Assembly: GCA_963784575.1 (NCBI GenBank)
Contig: CAWARU010000001.1
Coordinates: 2,375,244-2,439,243 of the forward strand
Length of the DNA: 64,000 nucleotides
Direction: 5' to 3'
DNA from: an uncultured Gammaproteobacteria bacterium
Lineage (GTDB): Bacteria; Pseudomonadota; Gammaproteobacteria; UBA6186; Azoamicaceae
Under the pieces are notes generated by a model. That model was not told the DNA's origin and searched no databases. It saw nothing but the letters and a program-made list of their open reading frames with translations. The translations under genes and the position numbers were made by a program. Below are positions 10,883 to 20,467 of this stretch, piece by piece. The stretch's first letter is position 1. Every line of letters begins with the position of its first letter.

Positions 10883-12646
10883 ATGAAAGACTTGGAAGAT
10901 AAAGAGAAAGAAGAAGCAAAAAAAATAGATACGAGCATTATTTGGAACAAGCATACTAAGATTTCATTGGCTTGGGCTTTCTTTTCTTTATTGCTGAAAG
11001 CGAGCTCTACCATTTGGCTTTCATTATTATTAAATGGTGGTTCGGATACAATGATGTTTGTCTGGCTAGGGTTATTGCTGGGATCGAATATTTTAGCGCC
11101 ATTACCAGATACCGCAGTTTTTGTAGGTCTAGAAAAAGCAGAATTAGAGTCGACCAAAATGTATGTATCTAAGTTCCGCCATACTCATAAAGATAAACCT
11201 CAATTATTAATTGATAAAAAACTGCGCGGAGAAACTGAACCAAATTTAACCGCTGAAGGTCGTCGTATTTATCGCGATGGTTTGGCTATTATTTATAATG
11301 GTGTCTTAAATTTTTCTTCTGTTGCCATAGATATTATTACTATGTCAAGATTTGTTGATTGGCGATACAGTGTTGGTTATGGTAGTACCATAGTCTTATT
11401 TTTCATGGGTGAAAAGTGCTTTCAAGGTAGAATAGAAACATTGTCGAAAACACATCAGGCAGAGAGTAATAAAGTAACAAATTTCTTAAAATCGGGTTGG
11501 GATAATATAGTAGTTGGTAATAAATATAATCGTAGTTTATGGATGAAAAAATTTGAAGAACACTTTAATAGCCTTTTAGATGCAACTGTAAGTTATACGC
11601 GCTATGTAAAGTTGTCTAGTGGTTTAGTCACTTTTGTTGCAAGCCTTCCAATGTTTGGCGTGACCGTTTATCTATTTCGTGACGCTCTTGGGAAAGTAGA
11701 TAGGATGGCTTTATTACTTGCCATTATTCCCCGTCAATTACAGGCTATTCAATCCTTAAATTCAGTCGGCTTGCAAATAGGTAGATGGGCAGGTGTTCGT
11801 GTAAACTTAGGTAAGTTAGCTGATTCTGTCGCTGATGATTTTCCTGGTGAAAACTATGCTGTGCTCACTTATAAAGTCAGCTTATCAAAAATTACAGTTT
11901 CTGTAAATAATTCCTCTCATCTTCTTCAATTGGCCTCAGTTGACACACTTTATGAAGACGTTATGAGAAGAACTCAAACCAAAGAATTCGGTAGATTGAC
12001 CCTAAGAGGTAATAATGCCACTGGAAAATCTATATTAATGTGTAAACTGGCCTGTCTTTTACTTGAATCCAATAGACGTCCTATCTATCTCCCTACTTCT
12101 GTCCCATTACTTTTTGATTCTCCTACAGATAAAATGTCTCAAGGGGAAAGAATGCTTGCACAGATTAATGAATTTGTAAGTAAATCAGACGAAGAAATCT
12201 ATCTACTAGATGAATGGGATGCTAATTTAGATGAAATAAATAAACAGAAAATTACTAAACTGTTGGATACTCTATCGAAAACAAAAGTGATTGTAGAGAT
12301 TCGTCATAGAAAAGATAAGGAAGTAATGGATCTTGGAAAATCAGTAGCGCCATCTCTAGTTCCATCAAAAACGATTGATAAGCAACCTGAAGTTGCAATA
12401 GTGGTCGCACCAGTTCAAGTTCAGACATCTGATTCTGAGCGCAAAAATAAGCAAGAGAGAGTTGTTGAGGTTGTAACAGAAAGTCCACCTGTACTTGTTA
12501 GTTTTGATTTAGTAAAACGCGCGCCACTTCGTGAGTATCTTATAAGTCCTAGTCCTACTATTGGAAGCATCAATAGCAGACCTGATCAACTCTCTGATCA
12601 ATTTAATGAACCATTACTGGTCACAACTACAAATTGGTTGGGATAA
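10883..12646 (+). CDS. Fused permease/ATPase ABC exporter, SyrD/YojI-like peptide exporter type
   Basis: N-terminal hydrophobic multi-helix domain, then Walker A GNNATGKS, signature MSQGER and Walker B IYLLDEWDANLD. GGAGG lies 6 nt upstream of the ATG. Carries a roughly 100-aa low-complexity C-terminal tail. Confidence 0.6.
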   Translation: MKDLEDKEKEEAKKIDTSIIWNKHTKISLAWAFFSLLLKASSTIWLSLLLNGGSDTMMFVWLGLLLGSNILAPLPDTAVFVGLEKAELESTKMYVSKFRHTHKDKPQLLIDKKLRGETEPNLTAEGRRIYRDGLAIIYNGVLNFSSVAIDIITMSRFVDWRYSVGYGSTIVLFFMGEKCFQGRIETLSKTHQAESNKVTNFLKSGWDNIVVGNKYNRSLWMKKFEEHFNSLLDATVSYTRYVKLSSGLVTFVASLPMFGVTVYLFRDALGKVDRMALLLAIIPRQLQAIQSLNSVGLQIGRWAGVRVNLGKLADSVADDFPGENYAVLTYKVSLSKITVSVNNSSHLLQLASVDTLYEDVMRRTQTKEFGRLTLRGNNATGKSILMCKLACLLLESNRRPIYLPTSVPLLFDSPTDKMSQGERMLAQINEFVSKSDEEIYLLDEWDANLDEINKQKITKLLDTLSKTKVIVEIRHRKDKEVMDLGKSVAPSLVPSKTIDKQPEVAIVVAPVQVQTSDSERKNKQERVVEVVTESPPVLVSFDLVKRAPLREYLISPSPTIGSINSRPDQLSDQFNEPLLVTTTNWLG

Positions 12647-13188
12647 AATTGGAATTTGCAATTTAATCTCCAAATAATAAAGCACTCAGAAAATTAACCA
12701 TTGATTATGCGGGTTTAGAAGATAGTGATATCTACATCTGCTTTAGTAACAGCAAGTCTTAGCATGAAGTTACCAACAACTTCTGATCGCCTTGTTTTTT
12801 TCAGATCATTAGCCAAAATTGATTGTGATAGAAAAAGAGCAAAAGAAATTGAGTAACGATTAACTCCCATTCGGAAGCTAATTGAAAGCACCCCTTGCGT
12901 CGAAGGGACCCGTGAAACTTGGACAGATCCGGAGAGTGGAAGAAATTATAAAATGACAATTACCATCGATGCACCTAAAAATGAAAAAGAAAAATTATCC
13001 GGCAATTTTCATTATGTTTGTCAGTTAGAGTCCAATTTACCGAATGAATCCATAAAACCCATACGTTATGAAATAAGATTATTGATTTGGATTGTCCCAA
13101 AATTGAAATTATGCAAGCTGATCGTCACTGGCGTGCCCCAACGGATTGTTTCCTTTATGTGATACCGGCTGAACAATTGAGAATGGCT

Positions 13189-14007
13189 TCAGCCAGCGAA
13201 GCAATTGGTAAGTCTATGGGAATGATTCCAGGCATCGAGATTGCCCATTATGATATATATCGAATCAACCGGATCTGAGACGGTAATTTGGGGTATGCAG
13301 TAATCCTTTATTTTTTTCTTTACTAAATCCATATCAACTTTTGCTCCTTGTTGTTTCAACCAATGAAAATCCCATAGATCTCTATATCTAATCCGAGGTT
13401 GACAATTAACAAACGCGATTAATTTATCAGCTAATATTTCATTTAAAGATTCAACTAAAACAATAGTGTCTTTGTAGCCATCTGGGAGAAAATCGTAATT
13501 ATGAATAAGCTGCTTTGCTTCTCGGGTGTATGCAGGAATATTTGCCACCTCGATTTTAATCATTTGTTTTGGTATATCTTTTTGACCAGGATGGGTTACT
13601 AAGCGAAGTTGCCAAATATCAACATTAATGTTTCTATTTGTTTCTTCTTTTAATAATTCTTTAGGCTCTTTGACGGTGATCTCTAATCCATATCGTTTCC
13701 CAATATAATCTTCGAGGCACGATTTTATTGTAACTAAGTTTTTAGATTCAAAATCTATGCCTCCAGCAAAATCTAAATCTTCACTAAATCTTGGAGCCCC
13801 GTAACATAAACGGAGTGAAGTACCGCCTTGAAAAGTTAAATTATCTAGTAAACCGGCGGTGTCGAGTGCAAATAATATATCATAATGTAGCAATTCCTTC
13901 TCTATAACAGGTCTCATATGAGGACGTCCTTGCACACGCATAGCTTTATCCACTATAAATTGAAAATCATTTTTTTCAGTGCTAATTAATTTCCCCAATA
14001 TTAACAA
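13189..14007 (-). CDS. AbiEii/AbiGii-family nucleotidyltransferase toxin (type IV TA, DUF1814)
   Basis: 272 aa. LHYDILFALDTAGLLDNLTFQGGTSLRLCYGAPRFSEDLDF is the characteristic NTase core. Confidence 0.8.
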   Translation of the reverse strand: MLILGKLISTEKNDFQFIVDKAMRVQGRPHMRPVIEKELLHYDILFALDTAGLLDNLTFQGGTSLRLCYGAPRFSEDLDFAGGIDFESKNLVTIKSCLEDYIGKRYGLEITVKEPKELLKEETNRNINVDIWQLRLVTHPGQKDIPKQMIKIEVANIPAYTREAKQLIHNYDFLPDGYKDTIVLVESLNEILADKLIAFVNCQPRIRYRDLWDFHWLKQQGAKVDMDLVKKKIKDYCIPQITVSDPVDSIYIIMGNLDAWNHSHRLTNCFAG

Positions 14008-14296
14008 GTTTTGTATTACGTCCTACACGTTTTAAATCTCGCCATGCAATTTCTTTTGATGCAATTCTTAAAGGTCTTCCTGGAACTTGTTTAATACCTG
14101 CGAGTATATTTTGTAAAGGTCTTTTCGTGTATAATCCCTCAAACAAAAAACACCATGAATAACCTTATATTTCATGTTCAAGACTTCTAAGTTTTCCTCC
14201 AGTTCTTGTAATATGCGGAGAATCGACTAGGAAACCCGTTCTGATAGTGTCTAGAGCTTGTTTTAAATGAATATCTTCGGTGTCAAGTTTGGACAT
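14008..14296 (-). pseudogene. Fragmented AbiEi/DUF6088-like antitoxin remnant upstream of the AbiEii toxin
   Basis: An ATG at 14296 opens a 43-codon frame (MSKLDTEDIHL..). Antitoxin-like pieces (..LQELEENLEVLNMKYKVIHGVF.. and ..EGLYTKRPLQNILAGIKQVPGRP..) continue in two other frames. No intact ORF is present. Confidence 0.4.
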
Positions 14297-14629
14297 TAGA
14301 CAAATAAAAATAAATTGTCCAATGTCCAGACTTGACACTTCAACACAATATCTAATAGATTGCGCTACCTTATAGTATTGGTATACTTATCGATAACAGC
14401 TAAAAATTTTATAAGTAGACTATGAGATTCACAAATAAAATAATTGATCATGAAATCAATAAAAACTATAAAACACGTTTTTCAAGCAATCAATTTTGAT
14501 TCAAAAATGATGCCCTTGATAAATGCAACGTGAGTGACAACTTCTTAGGATAAGGAAGATATATCGAGCATTTGGGAATATGAAAATATGATGTGCTTTT
14601 TGTAGTTTTCGTATATTTAAGGATAATTG

Positions 14630-15143
14630 GTATCCGTCCGTTCAATAGCACCTTCCATTGATTTAGTTAATTTGTAATGATTTCTTTTTAAAAGGAGGAG
14701 ATCATCATGGCAACTACTGAAAATACTATTATGGAGAAAAAACGTTCAAATTGGAAAAACCTTATCCAAGATTGGCTTAAGTCCAATTTCTCAATTGCCG
14801 AATACTGCAATCAAAATAACCTTTCTCAATCCACATTTCAATATTGGCGAGCAAAATTTGATGCAAATAATAAAGGAGGTAAAAAGGATGATATGATCGA
14901 AACACCCAAATTTGTTCCCGTAGAGATTGCCATGGAACCGTCAAAAGACAAAGAAAGCTATGATTCCTTACTCGTTCAATACCCAAATGGCAATATTGAT
15001 ACGCTGCAATATTTTGAGGTCAAATGCACTATTGATTCGTACCATGCAGCCATTTGGGTATTGAAGAACTATGGCCTCATGATTTTCTTTCTTTTTTGAT
15101 GGTTCTAAGGCACAATGGAAGGTGCTATTGAACGGACGGATAC
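14630..15143 (+). mobile_element. 514-bp IS66-derived mini-element (tnpA/orf1 only) bounded by perfect 31-bp inverted repeats
   Basis: 14630-14660 (gtatccgtccgttcaatagcaccttccattg) is the exact reverse complement of 15113-15143. It encloses a single orf1-like ORF. No flanking direct repeat was seen. Confidence 0.6.
14707..15099 (+). CDS. IS66-family orf1 (TnpA accessory protein)-like
   Basis: Contains the HTH-like SIAEYCNQNNLSQSTFQYWRAKF and the conserved FVPVEI motif, and is preceded by AGGAGG. The C-terminus is altered by an inverted 57-bp segment. Confidence 0.55.
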   Translation: MATTENTIMEKKRSNWKNLIQDWLKSNFSIAEYCNQNNLSQSTFQYWRAKFDANNKGGKKDDMIETPKFVPVEIAMEPSKDKESYDSLLVQYPNGNIDTLQYFEVKCTIDSYHAAIWVLKNYGLMIFFLF

Positions 15144-15510
15144 TTTCTATCACCAAGAACAAATGAAATTGTAATATTTGATACTTTTACTTCTCGTTTA
15201 AAAGAGATAGATAATTTCTTTAAGGGTGAAGAAGGGGAAAAAATAGATTTTAACCAAAGACTTAGTGGGAATCATAAAGGAATTTCTTGGGTATTATGAC
15301 GAAAAAACTACAAAGAAAGAATTCCCTTTGGATAAGATAATCTCAGGGGCTGGAAAAATCAGTATTCAAAAATCTGATACGGGTTCCTGTGTTATTATGT
15401 GAAGCTTTATCTTATACTATTTTTCTATAACCGGATCCGATCCTCTAGAAGAAGTTTCGGTCATCGTATATAGTTGTTAAAAAATTTACGAGTATGTTAA
15501 AGGAAACATT

Positions 15511-16545
15511 ATGCCATTGAACTATATCCCACAATTCTTGACAAGATTTAAACCAAACACTGTAAAGTCTAGTCCAAAGCCGCCCATTTTGAGGCAAAGC
15601 ACCGATTTAATAAGGCTTCAATGCTCCTTTTTAGATAATAACAGCCTAATGTCATTATCACAAACCTGCTGCACTTACAGTGATATTTTAAGCTTTCACA
15701 TAAAAACTATAAAAAAATTCGCTGAAGCGAGAGCTTCAGAGTTGTTAGATTGTGTTTTGAATATTGATGAAGGAAGAAAAAAAAGAATCTTAGAATTACT
15801 TGATCTTCCCAATTTGTCTAATAAATCGATAATACTGATCCATTCGAATGGCAAGGTGAAATCTCTAAGAAAAGGTATTTGTTCAAAGAAAAAAAAGGTC
15901 ACGAGAATGAAGTTTAATGACGTCAGTCCGCTACAAGCAGCGGCACTTTGTGGTGACTTCTTTTTAGTGCATTTATTTATTAAGAAACTCCCTGATCATC
16001 AAAAATATGCAGCTTGGCTTCAATTAGAAGCAATAAGAAGGCGGAAAGATTATCTGGCTGCTTTTTTTGCTTTGCAGAAAGCTTATCATGACTATCTTAA
16101 AAGATGGAATGCCCAAAATAAAAAGAAAGATCGTTTAAGTTTTTGGGTTACGATTTGGGACGAACCCGAATATCTCTGGGAAGAAGTGGGCGAGCATCAG
16201 AAAAAACTTTCAATTTTCGGTTTACAAGTATTGTGTAACCCAATTCCATATGGACAACTTCCAAATCTTACTCAAGAACCTATTCGCTCTCTCCTCGTGG
16301 ATCATGACAATGAATTAAATCTGGATTCGATTGGTATAGGTACCGAATCGGCTTTATCTAAAGGTTATTCAAGAGGAGCAAGACCGGAAATTTATTGGCA
16401 GGGAGGGGCATGGAACATAGAAGAAAATGCCAAAGAATGGGACATGGTATGTGAAGTGGTACAAAATGAATTAGATAAGGCAAGGAAGTTGTTATTAAGC
16501 TACACACACGCCGAAACTAGGAAACAGTTTGTTGGAGTATGCTGA
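15511..16545 (+). CDS. Hypothetical protein with a possible N-terminal F-box and one ankyrin-like repeat (effector-like)
   Basis: LIRLQCSFLDNNSLMSLSQTCCTYSDIL fits the F-box hydrophobic pattern. SPLQAAALCGDFFLVHLFIKKL resembles an ANK repeat. The domain calls are weak. Confidence 0.4.
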   Translation: MPLNYIPQFLTRFKPNTVKSSPKPPILRQSTDLIRLQCSFLDNNSLMSLSQTCCTYSDILSFHIKTIKKFAEARASELLDCVLNIDEGRKKRILELLDLPNLSNKSIILIHSNGKVKSLRKGICSKKKKVTRMKFNDVSPLQAAALCGDFFLVHLFIKKLPDHQKYAAWLQLEAIRRRKDYLAAFFALQKAYHDYLKRWNAQNKKKDRLSFWVTIWDEPEYLWEEVGEHQKKLSIFGLQVLCNPIPYGQLPNLTQEPIRSLLVDHDNELNLDSIGIGTESALSKGYSRGARPEIYWQGGAWNIEENAKEWDMVCEVVQNELDKARKLLLSYTHAETRKQFVGVC

Positions 16546-16905
16546 CCAACAAATGAAAAATTCTTACAACAAAAACACTCAAAACCGAGGATTCATATAG
16601 TAAAAATATGCGTTTTTTATATGGTTGCAATCCAACCTCTCAAAGGAGAGCTTTTAAAGTCTACTTATGATGTTAACTGGAAAAAAAAATGCCTTATAAT
16701 TAAGAGATGAAATTATGTCAATTTTTACAATTGAGCTAGAAAAAAATAGAAATTTTGCTATATTTTCTTAAATCTTCCTATTGAGATACAAAACAACTTG
16801 CTTAATCATAAAAAATATTGATATTTATAAAAATTTATTTTACGCTTATCATTCTCAAAACTTTTTTAGATTTCATGCGGAGAGTTTTATGCCACTTGCT
16901 AGACT

Positions 16906-17301
16906 GTGGAACGGAAAATTTCTAAACCCTTTACTTACACTAAGACCAAAGTTAGTGTGTCCCCTTACCTTCATTACAGATACTTAAAATCCCACGCATC
17001 AAAACCACTAGCAACATCACCAGTTGTTGATGAAGAATCTCTCTCGAAAATCTGGGGACCATTAGATAGAGAATACGTTAAAGAGAAATTTCCTAATTTG
17101 AGTGAGGCTGAATTTCAAAGAGCGAACGGTATTCTGAAAAACATATTAATAAAAAGACTAAAGCAGTATGGACACATTTCTGGGACTTTCGCGCTTACGG
17201 ACGAGGAAAGATGGGCTTCGCAATTTAGAAAGCCCATAGAAATAGAAATTGATGTTGATGATGACTATTATAAATATGGCAATGCCATTATCAGTTATTA
17301 A
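16906..17301 (+). CDS. Hypothetical protein (start uncertain)
   Basis: 131-aa ORF with a GTG start in the track. An SD-preceded ATG at 16889 lies in another frame, so a frameshift or alternative start is possible. No domain recognised. Confidence 0.35.
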   Translation: MERKISKPFTYTKTKVSVSPYLHYRYLKSHASKPLATSPVVDEESLSKIWGPLDREYVKEKFPNLSEAEFQRANGILKNILIKRLKQYGHISGTFALTDEERWASQFRKPIEIEIDVDDDYYKYGNAIISY

Positions 17302-17443
17302 CCAAATCTATATAAATGGTATGTTATTGAAAATGGAGGAAATATTTGCAAGAAACAGAACAGAACCTGGAGTCTATCCTGTTTCAGATTTAATGAGAGA
17401 TGGGGTGCTAGGAACAATAAAAACCAAAAGGTGTGTCGCAGAC

Positions 17444-20290
17444 TTATCCGGGTCTTTGTCCTTGTCCGCGATCTCTCCGTGCACCCTCTTCTCCTTCTTG
17501 CTCCCTCTCTTCACCTACTACCGCACTTATCATCGGTCCTTCATTCGCAATTGCACGACCAAGTTCTCTTGCAAAACCCGGATCTGGTGGTGCTTGAGTA
17601 AATTTTGCTGCACCAGGCGTAAAGCGAACTGCATATTCAGTAGTCGGGACAAGATCTAATTGCTTTTCTAAATGACCCTGAGGAAATCCTTGATGTGCAA
17701 GCCGTACTTGTCGCATCGTTTCATCTTCTCTCATAATCAGTTCAGGAGCACTTTCTTTAAATGATGCTGCCTGTGCTGCAGTAAAATTATGCCAGGAACA
17801 ATTTCCAGATTGTTGTATTGGCATAATAGGAGATTGTGTTTGATCTGCTATTGGCGTAAGTCCTCTAGGGCGATACATAGCGTCCACAGCGAACATTTCA
17901 GGAGCCCTTTGAATTTCCAAAAGTTTACTTATGTATTCATTTAGAGCGGGTGATGTTATTGGGACAGGTTCAAATGAATAAGTATGCACAAAATCAGCAT
18001 TTGCTTCATATCTTGTATGATAAAAACTTGGATCGTACCCTCCGTTATAAATTCTTATGGTAATTTGGTCGTTGTGTCTTTCAAATCGATGAGCTGTTGC
18101 ATGGCCCGGTGCGCCCGACCAACCAGTGGAAAGAATTTGGCTGCCTCCATCTGAAAGTTTTCTTATTCGTTCAAGAAAATCACTTGTTAACTGTAAGACT
18201 GTACCAAACGGCGTGAATGTACGATCATCAAAAATTCTATGCTCTATGTTAAAATTGTTATAGTCTTCAACGATAGCATGTATTAAGGCATCATTTCTAA
18301 CTTCAGAGCTTTCACAAAGCGCTATACAGTGGGCATACATTTTGTGCCTTATGGCTTCACCAGGTGAAGCTCCTTGTAAGTTAGTGACAACGGCATGAGG
18401 AAGATCAACAGCCATACCTGCAACTTGGTCTTCTGGCACAACAATACGTCCTCCACCTATAAGAGCATCTGGTGAAGAATATTCAAATCCCAATTCTCCT
18501 CTAACATGTCCCAATTGCTTTGAGATTCTGTCAACAACTGCCAAAGGTGCATCAGGTTTGTCTCTTGAAATACTATATAAAGTTTCCTTTTCAACACCTC
18601 TGAGCAGTTCCTTAAGATGCGGTACGTTTATGTCTTGTCCTGATAGTTTTTTTGCTAAATTTTCAAGGCGATCATCGGTAAAAAATACATCTATATCTGC
18701 CCGAGAATTTGTTAATCTGGCCTCGTCTAATCTTTTAATTTCAGCCTCCAATACTCTTCGATTTTTGGCTTTACTACCTTGTTGCGACATTTTAGCTAGA
18801 AGCGCCTCTTTTTCTTGCTCTTTTCGCATTTCTTTGTGAGATTTTTCATCTCTATCAGTCTTTCTCTCTATTGATTCTCTCTCTTTGCTTGATTCATCTC
18901 TAATTTCTACCTCTTCCTCCCTTCTCTTATCATCATCAGAAATTTGATGCAATTTTGCATCTCTTTGTTTTTTTCGTTTCTCATCTATTTTTTCTGCACT
19001 TAATTTCTCTTTTTTTCTTTGATCAGGTTTTTGATTCATATTCTGTTTATATCTAACTGTGCTTTGCATTCCACCCATTATTGCACCCAAAGTTCCTGCC
19101 TGTGCTGCTGCGCCAGCGACACCGTCTGTCCATGATTTTTGCTGGCCAGTTGCTTTTTCAACAGCATTCGTTGCTAATTTTGTCGCAGCACCACTTGCTG
19201 CACCAATAAAGCCTCCGGCGATGGCACCATTGAGTGCTGCATTTCCTTCACTTGTCGCCAGCAAACTCACTATTTCAATTTGTTTAATTGCAACAGCAGA
19301 GGTTAAACTTGAAATATTACCTGCAACAGCGCCTGAGAGTGCGTTTCTTGCAAGTTCTTTAGGTCTCAAGTCTTGTTGCAAAGATTCAAAATTAAACCTG
19401 GGTAATTCACCCCTAATTATTGGCGTAACGATATGTTTATTAACAAGTGGCGTTAGGACACCCAAAGCAGCACTGGATGCTGTTCGTTGTGCAAATGTTG
19501 TTAAAGGATTCATCATAGAGCTTGCAGCACCCGCGGTTGATGCACTAGGTACTACTCCCATGACTGCTCCTACTGCGAAACTTGCTCCAGCTTGTTTCAA
19601 ACAATGATCGTAGTTGATCTCTGATTCCGGAGTTGAAAGGGAATATTGCATTGTGTTTAAGCCAGAACTCAGCAAGCCAGAAACAAGTGGTGTAGCAACT
19701 CCCGGGTATGCAACAGAAATTCCTGCACCTAATGCGACTTGACTTGCCCCAAAAGCAAAAGTATAAAACTTATGCTTAACACCTCCTTCAATACGAACAT
19801 GTACGTGGACATCGCCTGTTGAAACAGTTAAATAACAGCTTTCCGAGAGTGCATTTCTTAACCAGCTAATCATTTCTTCATTGGAACAATCGATTATCGA
19901 ATTCATTCCTTTTACAAAAAAAGCCTGTTGTGTAGACCCTTCATTATCTGTCATTGTTGCTCTAATGAAACCTGTATCATCAGCAAATATGGTAACCAGG
20001 TATTGGGTATTCACGGTTTTTTTACTTACAAGTATTGTTCTATTTTCTGATAATTCTACTGACACCGTTTTCAAAGCAATATGAGATTTCAACTTGTCAC
20101 CGTCTTTTAATCTAATTTTTTTAGGTCCATTTTTGAAGCTATATTGTTGAAAAAATAATCCCCCTTTATCTGATAATTCGGAAGGAATTTTTTCACTTCC
20201 GGCAGAAATATAAATCTTGGGTCCCGCAGTGCTTGTTAAGCTTGAATCCCTTAAAACATCTGCAGCATCAGTTCGTTGTCTTTTAGGCAT
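17444..20290 (-). CDS. Large (948-aa) multidomain membrane-associated protein, a putative secreted effector with a C-terminal His..Cys (LRAT/permuted NlpC-P60-like) domain
   Basis: Long uninterrupted ORF. Contains a Gly/Ala-rich hydrophobic block, a KE-rich coil, GAPGHATAHRF..ITIRIYNGG about 100 aa before QQSGNCSWHNF, and a Glu-rich tail EEREQEGEEG. Confidence 0.75.
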   Translation of the reverse strand: MPKRQRTDAADVLRDSSLTSTAGPKIYISAGSEKIPSELSDKGGLFFQQYSFKNGPKKIRLKDGDKLKSHIALKTVSVELSENRTILVSKKTVNTQYLVTIFADDTGFIRATMTDNEGSTQQAFFVKGMNSIIDCSNEEMISWLRNALSESCYLTVSTGDVHVHVRIEGGVKHKFYTFAFGASQVALGAGISVAYPGVATPLVSGLLSSGLNTMQYSLSTPESEINYDHCLKQAGASFAVGAVMGVVPSASTAGAASSMMNPLTTFAQRTASSAALGVLTPLVNKHIVTPIIRGELPRFNFESLQQDLRPKELARNALSGAVAGNISSLTSAVAIKQIEIVSLLATSEGNAALNGAIAGGFIGAASGAATKLATNAVEKATGQQKSWTDGVAGAAAQAGTLGAIMGGMQSTVRYKQNMNQKPDQRKKEKLSAEKIDEKRKKQRDAKLHQISDDDKRREEEVEIRDESSKERESIERKTDRDEKSHKEMRKEQEKEALLAKMSQQGSKAKNRRVLEAEIKRLDEARLTNSRADIDVFFTDDRLENLAKKLSGQDINVPHLKELLRGVEKETLYSISRDKPDAPLAVVDRISKQLGHVRGELGFEYSSPDALIGGGRIVVPEDQVAGMAVDLPHAVVTNLQGASPGEAIRHKMYAHCIALCESSEVRNDALIHAIVEDYNNFNIEHRIFDDRTFTPFGTVLQLTSDFLERIRKLSDGGSQILSTGWSGAPGHATAHRFERHNDQITIRIYNGGYDPSFYHTRYEANADFVHTYSFEPVPITSPALNEYISKLLEIQRAPEMFAVDAMYRPRGLTPIADQTQSPIMPIQQSGNCSWHNFTAAQAASFKESAPELIMREDETMRQVRLAHQGFPQGHLEKQLDLVPTTEYAVRFTPGAAKFTQAPPDPGFARELGRAIANEGPMISAVVGEEREQEGEEGARRDRGQGQRPG

Positions 20291-20467
20291 AAGTTTGACT
20301 CCTGAACTAAAGTTAATAGAAAAACCTAATTTGGTATAAGTAATTTACTAATTGTTACTTACATACAAAACTTAAAATGAGAATATCAAAAAAAACCTCA
20401 TTAATCAAAAAATGTTCTTGTAAAATCCTATCTTAGCGCCCAATATTATGATGTATTTGAAAAACTT

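Noticed and set aside
10479-11172. Small ORFs 10479-10685, 10697-10954, 10867-11157 and 10972-11172 around the ABC transporter start.
   Set aside because: They overlap each other and the SD-supported ABC gene start at 10883, and their products are AT-rich and low-complexity.
12953-13278. Two overlapping small ORFs and other short frames in the 12.65-13.19 kb gap.
   Set aside because: No motifs or ribosome-binding sites are present. This is probably decayed sequence, and I could not assign it.
17249-17659. 136-aa plus-strand ORF bridging 16906-17301 and the 3-prime end of the 948-aa gene.
   Set aside because: Most of it is antisense to the Glu-rich tail of the large gene. There is no SD and the product is low-complexity.
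19059-19607. 182-aa plus-strand ORF rich in Ala and Pro.
   Set aside because: It is the complement of the Gly/Ala-rich region of the 948-aa minus-strand gene. The open frame is a compositional artefact.
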